A stretch of 32,000 nt of DNA. It comes from Saccharolobus solfataricus (GTDB lineage: Archaea > Thermoproteota > Thermoprotei_A > Sulfolobales > Sulfolobaceae). The stretch covers positions 570,001 to 602,000 of the forward strand of contig NZ_LT549890.1 in assembly GCF_900079115.1 (NCBI RefSeq), given 5' to 3'. The translations under genes were made by a program, and so were the position numbers. Shown piece after piece: positions 25,819 through 32,000 of the stretch. Within the stretch, counting starts at the first letter, position 1. Each line of letters opens with the position of its first letter. The notes beneath the pieces were generated by a model, which worked only from the letters and a program-made list of their open reading frames with translations, made no database searches and had not been told where the DNA came from.

Positions 25819-26520
25819 CTAGTTTACGCTGTTGTTTACGTTCAAAGTTGACAGAATTTGTCTTAACTCCTGTAAAAGTTTGCGTTCAGTCTCTCTTCTT
25901 CTTTGCATATATTCCTTATATATAATATCTGGAATTTGCACTTTAAATAAGTCTAACGCCTTTTTCTTCACCTGGGTAACGATTTCACCTTTGCTGTTAC
26001 GCCCAAAGTCTTTGGAGTACAGTGTCGCCCTAGCTGTCATCGTCTTACGATTTACCATCGTCACCCGTATCTGATACCATCCTTTTTCCCTTAAGTAAAA
26101 CGCCAGGTCTTCCGGGCTAGGCGTTGTAAAGATAACCGCACTAACTCTAGTCCTGATAAGAGCGTATATCTTGTAGAACGTTTTCATATAGTCTTCATAC
26201 CATACGTACTTACTCAGCCATATGCCCGCGTCGTCAAAGATGAGTAACGGGATCCGGTAGTCGTTATCAATCGCATCTTGGATTTTACTTAACGCGTCAG
26301 GAAGTTCAAAGAAATAGGAGTTCTGAACGTATTGCCATGCGTCATCTTTAGTACTCAAGTTGTTGAGTTTCCAAAACACATCCCTAGAGACCTTGAAAGC
26401 GTATGTAGTCTTCCCGCTTCCCTGCTTTCCAAAAATCACCGCGGACACAAAGCCTACATTGTTGTATGCTGAAACGATTTTCTGAGCTAACCACAACATC
26501 TCATTCTTCTTCTGTGACAT
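25819..26520 (-). CDS. fuselloviral DnaA-like AAA+ ATPase (SSV1 B251 homolog)
   Basis: Walker A GKQGSGKT and Walker B LLIFDDAG. It is convergent with int, as in SSV1. Confidence 0.85.
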   Translation of the reverse strand: MSQKKNEMLWLAQKIVSAYNNVGFVSAVIFGKQGSGKTTYAFKVSRDVFWKLNNLSTKDDAWQYVQNSYFFELPDALSKIQDAIDNDYRIPLLIFDDAGIWLSKYVWYEDYMKTFYKIYALIRTRVSAVIFTTPSPEDLAFYLREKGWYQIRVTMVNRKTMTARATLYSKDFGRNSKGEIVTQVKKKALDLFKVQIPDIIYKEYMQRRRETERKLLQELRQILSTLNVNNSVN

Positions 26521-26962
26521 CGCTATCCCTACCCCCCTGGAGTAATTGCTTAAATAATGATTTATTCACGTTTTCTCTGACTTGACCAGAGGATACGCGT
26601 AACACTCTTAGTATATCCCTCCTGCCTTTTCCGCCCTTACTGACTAAGTAGTGTTTGAGTCTGACCGCAAACTCTGCTAATTCTGTTACTGGCTCTTCAC
26701 CAAAGTATGCCGGTAACCTGGAAAACTCAAACGCTGTTAAGATAAGTGATATCTGATTCCCGCTAAGATAGAACATGGTATCACGGGGTTCCACAAGTTC
26801 TGTGATTGCCCGGTTTGTCACCGTATAGGGGTTCTCAATCTCTTTTAACTCTTTATCCTCCTCAGCCGATTCGTTATTGGCAATTGCCTCCAGTTTCTTC
26901 TTCAGCTCTTCATTTTCTCTTCTTAACTGTTCTAACTCAGTTACCCCATTCTTCTTAGCCAC
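26501..26962 (-). CDS. fuselloviral conserved protein (SSV1 A153 homolog)
   Basis: It is 153 aa, the same size and the same position immediately upstream of the ATPase as SSV1 A153. It has an N-terminal coiled-coil and an acidic tail. Confidence 0.7.
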   Translation of the reverse strand: MAKKNGVTELEQLRRENEELKKKLEAIANNESAEEDKELKEIENPYTVTNRAITELVEPRDTMFYLSGNQISLILTAFEFSRLPAYFGEEPVTELAEFAVRLKHYLVSKGGKGRRDILRVLRVSSGQVRENVNKSLFKQLLQGGRDSDVTEEE

Positions 26963-26967
26963 TCAAC

Positions 26968-27801
26968 TCACCCCTTTGTATTGTTTGAAGGAATCGTAAA
27001 CGGTGTGGTTGTAGTTGTTGTAGTAGCTAAATGAGTTGTTGTTGTGTTTGCCACATGTTGACTGAGTAGATGCGTTAAGTTTGCGTTTGCTATACCAAAA
27101 CCAATTGCCACTCCTATTCCGACACCCATAATCACACCTATTATTAACATCATCAGATCAGGTCCCGCCCCTACTTTTGCTAACGCCTCAAAGAACTTAG
27201 TCTTTATGACTGAATGAATAATCTGTGGAGCATTCAGAGTCTTTAATGTAAGCTGTCTAATCTTCTCATCTACCACCAAGTTGAGTGTGTAAGGATAATC
27301 GGGCAAAGTAAACCAGACCGCCACAAACTTCTTTCCGAATGGGAATTTGTTCTTTTCAAGAAGAAGAGGTTCCCCGTTAAGAACCCACACCTTCTTCATC
27401 TTTTTCACTTCTAGCATTAGATACCCTTGATTCTCTACTAGTTTTGCCCGGCGTAAGAACAGTAATTGTAGACCATCTTTCGATTGCTGTAACATGGCTA
27501 TGTAATGTTCTGCAGTGAATAACCGTGAGTTGATCCATTTCTTTGTGATTTTTACCTTTACATCGACTCTCTCTTTCTTTACCTTTTTCTTCTTTTGTGA
27601 AAGCTCCGCTTTTAGTTTTTCAAACTCCTGATACTTTAACTCGAATTCCCTTTTCTCTTTAGCCTTCCACAACCTCTTCTGCGTTTTGTGGTCTGCTACT
27701 TGTAATTGTACCTCATCCCATACCTGTTTCAACTCCTCTAATGACTTCGCATTCCTTATTTTTTCCTCATAAACAGAAACAAGTTTCCCATCAGTTGACA
27801 A
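26968..27801 (-). CDS. fuselloviral conserved protein (SSV1 B277 homolog), TTG start
   Basis: It is 277 aa, matching the size and position of SSV1 B277. It has a Lys-rich coiled-coil N-terminus, a Gly-rich TM segment and a poly-Thr tail. A GGGGGTGA Shine-Dalgarno motif lies 7 nt upstream of the TTG. Confidence 0.7.
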   Translation of the reverse strand: MSTDGKLVSVYEEKIRNAKSLEELKQVWDEVQLQVADHKTQKRLWKAKEKREFELKYQEFEKLKAELSQKKKKVKKERVDVKVKITKKWINSRLFTAEHYIAMLQQSKDGLQLLFLRRAKLVENQGYLMLEVKKMKKVWVLNGEPLLLEKNKFPFGKKFVAVWFTLPDYPYTLNLVVDEKIRQLTLKTLNAPQIIHSVIKTKFFEALAKVGAGPDLMMLIIGVIMGVGIGVAIGFGIANANLTHLLSQHVANTTTTHLATTTTTTTPFTIPSNNTKG

Positions 27802-28063
27802 GAACTTTCACCCCCACATAAAAGATAAGACTGTTAAGGAACAGACCCATGAAGTAGTCTATCAAAGATTGATATAAAGCAAAATGACTTACGGCTAAGG
27901 CGGTGATAGCTGAGATGACTAAGTACCACCCTATGAATCTCGGGTTTGGTGTTAACCTCACGGATTTGGGCTTTGGTTTTCTGAAGAGAAGTGAGATAGT
28001 CATAATAATTGTATCGAAAACGAGGACTATTTCGGCGTATGTTTTTGGGACTAGTAAGACCAT
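27791..28063 (-). CDS. fuselloviral small membrane protein (SSV1 A92-position homolog)
   Basis: 90 aa with 3 hydrophobic helices. A GAGGTGGA Shine-Dalgarno motif lies 8 nt upstream of the ATG and overlaps the stop of the preceding gene. Confidence 0.6.
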   Translation of the reverse strand: MVLLVPKTYAEIVLVFDTIIMTISLLFRKPKPKSVRLTPNPRFIGWYLVISAITALAVSHFALYQSLIDYFMGLFLNSLIFYVGVKVLVN

Positions 28064-28075
28064 TTGTCATCCACC

Positions 28076-28327
28076 TCATATCCTTTCCTCCCTCAGCCAC
28101 TCAAAGAAGAAGGCAAAATTGATTAGTCCAAATGCCAGTGGTAGGAACGATATGTAAAATGTTGATGCAGAAAACGTTATGTCTGTCTGATTACTCACGA
28201 ACACCAAAAACCCTATTGTCCCCATCACAAAGCCCATTAGGTTTAGCATAAAGTTCCTTATGACCAAACCCAAAAGAGGAATCAGAATAGCTAAAACGTA
28301 TATGATGTCCCCTAACGCACTCATCAA
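28076..28327 (-). CDS. fuselloviral small membrane protein (SSV1 A82 homolog)
   Basis: 83 aa and hydrophobic. The track start is a TTG at 28327, but the ATG at 28324 is more likely. A TATA box lies about 28 nt upstream. Confidence 0.6.
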   Translation of the reverse strand: MMSALGDIIYVLAILIPLLGLVIRNFMLNLMGFVMGTIGFLVFVSNQTDITFSASTFYISFLPLAFGLINFAFFFEWLREERI

Positions 28328-28347
28328 GAAAGAAAAAAGAAGACTGA

Positions 28348-28357
28348 CTTTATAAAG
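28348..28357 (-). promoter_or_regulatory. TATA box (CTTTATAAAG) for the A82-to-B251 operon
   Basis: It is centred about 28 nt upstream of the ATG at 28324 and lies 7 nt after the VP3 stop. Confidence 0.45.
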
Positions 28358-28363
28358 GGCTAT

Positions 28364-28642
28364 CTAATCTTTGTAGATCTTGTAAGCTACAACCGCGGGT
28401 ACAACAATTAAGACTATCAGGTAGAAGAGTGGGACTAACGAAACCAGTGGGGCGTTTGATGATCCTACATAGTTAGGATTGGAAACAAATGATGTTTGCG
28501 TTAATGTACCGGATATAATAGTAGTGTATGTCCCAGATGTTGTTACATTATTCACATAACTGATTATCGGCTGAAACAGAACTACACCAATAACAAGAAA
28601 GATAGCCAAAAAAAGAATTTGCTTAATATTTAACTCCTCCAT
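28364..28642 (-). CDS. vp3: fuselloviral capsid protein VP3
   Basis: 92 aa, paralogous to the upstream VP1. The shared C-terminus is [25 protein letters not shown]. Confidence 0.85.
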
Positions 28643-28655
28643 CCTTCAGCCCTCC

Positions 28656-28922
28656 TCAGTCACGATATATCTTATACGCTATGACCGCGGGGACAATTAT
28701 AAGCACTAGGATGTAGAATAACGGCACTAGGTTTAACAGTGTGGCGTTTGTCCCGGTTACCTGTGGATTAGTTCCGCCAGTTAAATTAGTAACTTGTGAT
28801 GTGATGACTGGCAAAAGCACTATGCCGATTAGGATGAAGATGAACAGACCCAGCAAAACCCCTATATTAATAGATCCCTCAGCTTTCTTTGATTTGGGGC
28901 TTAGCATTAGTCTGGTGGCCAT
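28656..28922 (-). CDS. vp1: fuselloviral major capsid protein VP1 precursor
   Basis: NIGVLLGLFIFILIGIVLLPVITSQVTNLTGGTNPQVTGTNATLLNLVPLFYILVLIIVPAVIAYKIYRD is close to SSV1 VP1 as I recall it. A short basic N-terminal leader precedes it. Confidence 0.85.
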   Translation of the reverse strand: MATRLMLSPKSKKAEGSINIGVLLGLFIFILIGIVLLPVITSQVTNLTGGTNPQVTGTNATLLNLVPLFYILVLIIVPAVIAYKIYRD

Positions 28923-29217
28923 CTTTGTTCAAATCCAGGTTTTCACTAGTCTTTTTAAACCCCTCTAGTTCTGTATACAGAATCTGAATTTGTTTCGAGT
29001 TTTCGCGTATTTTTGCGTATAATATACGCCCCTGTTTGTACAATTCGATATAGCCCTGTTCATTCAAAATCTTAAGATGGCGTAAAACTGTTGTGTATGA
29101 GAGTAGTAGTGTGTGACTGATGAGAGACGCTGAGAGTATATAGTTCTCTGCTATCAGCTCAAGGATCTTTCTTCTTAGGATTTTCGCCCTAACACTGTTG
29201 GAGTTATAGTCGCTCAT
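28879..29217 (-). CDS. fuselloviral winged-helix DNA-binding protein (SSV1 B115 homolog)
   Basis: 112 aa with an ArsR-like HTH (SASLISHTLLLSYTTVLRHLKILNEQGYIE). It sits immediately upstream of vp1, as B115 does in SSV1. Confidence 0.7.
   Translation of the reverse strand: MSDYNSNSVRAKILRRKILELIAENYILSASLISHTLLLSYTTVLRHLKILNEQGYIELYKQGRILYAKIRENSKQIQILYTELEGFKKTSENLDLNKDGHQTNAKPQIKES
28952..28959 (-). promoter_or_regulatory. TATA-like box (TTTAAAAA) upstream of vp1, inside the 3' end of the B115-like gene
   Basis: It is centred about 33 nt upstream of the vp1 ATG at 28922. Confidence 0.35.
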
Positions 29218-29744
29218 AACCCATAACCCCTAATCAACTTCACCAATTCCCAAATGAGTATGAAGTTAATGATAAGTGTAAATGCTGTCAGAAACGGTCC
29301 CACGGTAGGTACATTCGCTAACAAGCTTATAGAAGAAGTGAAGATGCTGAAGAGATAACCGACAACACTCGAAATTACTTGAAAGATCCAGACTATCCAA
29401 TTCGCCAAATAGAGAATTGGAGCTAACCATGAGAATGATATGGAAAATAACGTTACACCGGGAATGGTTAAACCCGGTAACGTCAAACCGGGAAAGTTAG
29501 CCCCCAGTATTGAAAATGGCGGGATTAATGTGACTGGTCCCCAAAGTGTCAGAGGTCCCCAGCCCACAGTCCAAACGATTGAGGATGCTATTTCTTGTGC
29601 CAAAGAGTAACTGGGTTCTGGCGGGATACTAGGCGGTGTTATACCCGAATAAGCACCCACCATCAGTGATAAGAAGACATCAAACAGTAAAACGTAAACT
29701 ATTAGCTTAGTCCCCATCCCTACCACCCAAGACCAGACCGGCAA
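29214..29744 (-). CDS. fuselloviral membrane protein (SSV1 C166 homolog)
   Basis: 176 aa and polytopic. Its position between the B78-like and B115-like genes matches SSV1. The real start may be the internal MGTKL. Confidence 0.65.
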   Translation of the reverse strand: MPVWSWVVGMGTKLIVYVLLFDVFLSLMVGAYSGITPPSIPPEPSYSLAQEIASSIVWTVGWGPLTLWGPVTLIPPFSILGANFPGLTLPGLTIPGVTLFSISFSWLAPILYLANWIVWIFQVISSVVGYLFSIFTSSISLLANVPTVGPFLTAFTLIINFILIWELVKLIRGYGL

Positions 29745-29946
29745 TTAACGCAAAGATAACCGTAATGGCCCAGAATAATGGCAGAAAGTCTAGAAACATC
29801 AGTGCAAAAGTTGATGCAATACCCACTAGAATTGAAGGTATCTTTCCCGCCATCTTGTATGTCAACCCCATCATGACTAGAATAATGATTATTGCTACAA
29901 CGGGTCCTAATCCTGTGCTTAACGCTAAAGAAATAGCATCTGTCAT
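29707..29946 (-). CDS. fuselloviral small membrane protein (SSV1 B78 homolog)
   Basis: 79 aa with 2-3 TM helices. Its start abuts the stop of the VP4-like gene. Confidence 0.6.
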   Translation of the reverse strand: MTDAISLALSTGLGPVVAIIIILVMMGLTYKMAGKIPSILVGIASTFALMFLDFLPLFWAITVIFALIAGLVLGGRDGD

Positions 29947-32000
29947 TACTCATCACTCCCCATAAATTTGTCTATCATTACTTTTGCTAATAACATTGCT
30001 ATCCCGAAAATGAAGATGTAGAAGATATACCAGGGTATCAGACCTAGGTATGCACTCATTATTAATCCCATTACTACAGCACCGCTAACGCCTGCCTTTC
30101 CGCCAAACTTCCATCCCAACAACGCCACAACTACCGTTACTGCAATCCCTATGATAGTCGACCAGGGCTGATATGCTGAGAAATTGTAGATACTGCTGTT
30201 AGGCTGAATGTTGTTACTGAAGGGCTGAGTGTAGTTATAGTTGATTGTCGATATGTTAACGGTTGTTGTGGTAGATGTAGTAGGCTGGGTTACAGTGATA
30301 TTTAGCAAAACGTTTTTGTTTACGCCCGCCCAGTAGATGTTGATTAATTCGTAAGGTGTGTCAGTCAGCGTAATCGTGACCTGACCGAATCCACTGGAGT
30401 TAGTATAGCCTGTTGTGTACTGTGTTAATGTTGATGGGTTAGTGCCAACTGATATTACATATGCCTGATTTGCTGTGGCACTCTGCAGTATAATACCGCT
30501 AACAAAGACCCAATTCAGTGCCAGTTTCCCCGCTCCATAGTAGAAACCTAAGCCTATCACTTTAGATGAATTCGCTATGTTAAGTGTACCACCGTTAATC
30601 GTTAGTTGTAACGCGTTGTTAACAACGTTAATTTGTACTGTGTTGATACTGTTGTTATACCATGTTAGCCCTGTGAAATTGAATGGAATGAGATAATTCT
30701 GATTTTGCGTAATTAATAGTATCCCATCACCCGCCGATAGCCAATAGCTCTTGAATTGTATCACTGATGAAGATGATATTATAGATGCATAAGCCCATGC
30801 AAATGTTGAAGTTGTTTGTGTGAACGCCGTCATTGAAACGTTTGAAACTGGAGTGTTATAGCTGAACTGAAAAGTAATCGTTACTTTTGTGCCGGCTACA
30901 ACACTATGGGGATACTGTGAGACAAAAATTACGGGCAAAGGCGATACGGGGTATATGGTTATCGTGCCTGTGGCACTACCTAGAGAAAATTGCCCCAACT
31001 GAATGTTAATAGTGTAATAGTAAGTAGTAGGGTTGACTGCATTTGCTGTTATTGTATAAGGTAGTGGCACAAAGCCGTTAGTTAGACCCTGAATATTTAT
31101 AAGTGTCTGAGGTTGCACAGCTAACGAATATCCCGCATTACTAGGATATTCTATTGTTGTCGAATTAGTCACGCTGATAGTCTGACCTGTGAGATAAGAT
31201 GGTTGCGATAAATTGACTTGCACAAGAACCGCAAATCCCGCGACAAAAACGGGGATTGTAACGTTCTCAAGAACCGTTTGTTGTTGTGTTACAAACTGAA
31301 ACTCTATCGTGACATTCAGATACCATGTATTTACGTTAACCGCCGGGTATACATTTAATAATAGGTATATTCCTTTAGGGGCTGAAACATAAGACACACT
31401 TCCGCTTAAAGGGTATAATGTTCCTGTCACGGAAAAGTTTTGTATTTTCATTATGCCCACAACACTCCATGATGTGGCATTAGTAGAAATGTTAAGTGGG
31501 TTATTGGCACCTGTAAAGCCCGCTAACATCTGTAGTCCATTCCCAACAACAGATGTGTAACTTAGTGTTGCTGTATAAGTTTTAGACTGAAAAATCGAAT
31601 ATGTTATCACCACCCACTGACCATAACCATAACCCGGACCTACATTCTGTGCATCGATAACGTAATTACTATTTACGGTATTCAGTGAGAGAGGGTAAAA
31701 TTGATTATTGATAACTTGACCCGGTATTATTGAAAAAGTCTTCAAAGTACCGTTATAGTAATAAACGTAAAGTTGGTTTGAAGAGGGTAAGTACCAGAAC
31801 CCTAAACCTATATATTGCCCAACACTAATTGAACCCACAGACACATTTAGCTGTTTCACACCGTCAAAGTATACGAATAATCTATATGTTGGGAAACTAC
31901 CTTTTTCCATATAAACCACAATCCCATCAGAGGCGTAAGGTGATGCGGGGGCATAGCTACCCGTAAACCCCGAAGGGAAATTTACACCGTAGCCTATGGC
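29946..32000 (-). CDS. vp4: fuselloviral VP4 / C792-like terminal-fibre protein, N-terminus off the right edge
   Basis: The track ORF starts at a GTG (31919), but I translated the frame upstream and it stays open to position 32000 (AIGYGVNFPSGFTGSYAPASPYASDGI...). The protein is beta-rich and Ser/Thr/Asn/Val/Tyr-rich, with many N-x-S/T sequons and a C-terminal double TM anchor. Confidence 0.8.
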   Translation of the reverse strand, partial: AIGYGVNFPSGFTGSYAPASPYASDGIVVYMEKGSFPTYRLFVYFDGVKQLNVSVGSISVGQYIGLGFWYLPSSNQLYVYYYNGTLKTFSIIPGQVINNQFYPLSLNTVNSNYVIDAQNVGPGYGYGQWVVITYSIFQSKTYTATLSYTSVVGNGLQMLAGFTGANNPLNISTNATSWSVVGIMKIQNFSVTGTLYPLSGSVSYVSAPKGIYLLLNVYPAVNVNTWYLNVTIEFQFVTQQQTVLENVTIPVFVAGFAVLVQVNLSQPSYLTGQTISVTNSTTIEYPSNAGYSLAVQPQTLINIQGLTNGFVPLPYTITANAVNPTTYYYTINIQLGQFSLGSATGTITIYPVSPLPVIFVSQYPHSVVAGTKVTITFQFSYNTPVSNVSMTAFTQTTSTFAWAYASIISSSSVIQFKSYWLSAGDGILLITQNQNYLIPFNFTGLTWYNNSINTVQINVVNNALQLTINGGTLNIANSSKVIGLGFYYGAGKLALNWVFVSGIILQSATANQAYVISVGTNPSTLTQYTTGYTNSSGFGQVTITLTDTPYELINIYWAGVNKNVLLNITVTQPTTSTTTTVNISTINYNYTQPFSNNIQPNSSIYNFSAYQPWSTIIGIAVTVVVALLGWKFGGKAGVSGAVVMGLIMSAYLGLIPWYIFYIFIFGIAMLLAKVMIDKFMGSDE

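Noticed and set aside
28135-28148. CCAGTGGTAGGAAC, which resembles the Sulfolobus origin-recognition-box core (CCAGTGGAAAC)
   Set aside because: It is a single imperfect copy inside the A82-like coding sequence, with no inverted partner and no flanking A/T-rich unwinding element.
29720-29956. 78-aa minus-strand ORF in an alternate frame of the B78-like gene
   Set aside because: The product is Cys/Arg/Ser-rich and non-protein-like. The overlapping 79-aa frame gives clean TM helices and starts exactly where the VP4-like gene stops.

Overview
AT-rich, densely packed crenarchaeal chromosome, most consistent with a Sulfolobus/Saccharolobus-type Sulfolobales host. That assignment is inferred from composition, gene content, GGTG-type Shine-Dalgarno motifs and TATA boxes about 27-30 nt upstream of start codons. 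Positions 1-24867 carry 28 ordinary housekeeping genes: crotonase, heme O synthase, homoserine dehydrogenase, NikR, TldD/PmbA, BirA, Sua5, a lone NuoB, glycerate 2-kinase, a DtxR-type repressor, the mobB/moeA/mobA molybdenum-cofactor cluster, Dph6, an MtaD-like deaminase, two glycosyltransferases and an archaeal split glutamate synthase. At 24868 the sequence switches to the left arm of an integrated fusellovirus (SSV-like provirus). This arm starts with a 47-nt 3' half of tRNA-Gly(CCC) acting as attL, which is read through by the C-terminal fragment of a split SSV-type integrase. The SSV core module follows on the minus strand: B251-like ATPase, A153, B277, A92, A82, VP3, VP1, B115, C166, B78 and the VP4/C792-like protein. 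The VP4-like gene runs off the right edge, so the right arm, int(N) and the intact tRNA lie outside the window. I saw no CRISPR array, rRNA gene, intact tRNA or recognisable defence island. I did not find a convincing novel multi-gene system. The best second-look items are the provirus junction, a possible C/D-box sRNA whose guide matches the 16S rRNA 3' end, a 22-codon Lys/Gln-rich micro-ORF, and the domain architecture of the VP4-like protein. All homology calls come from motif recognition by eye and no database search was run.
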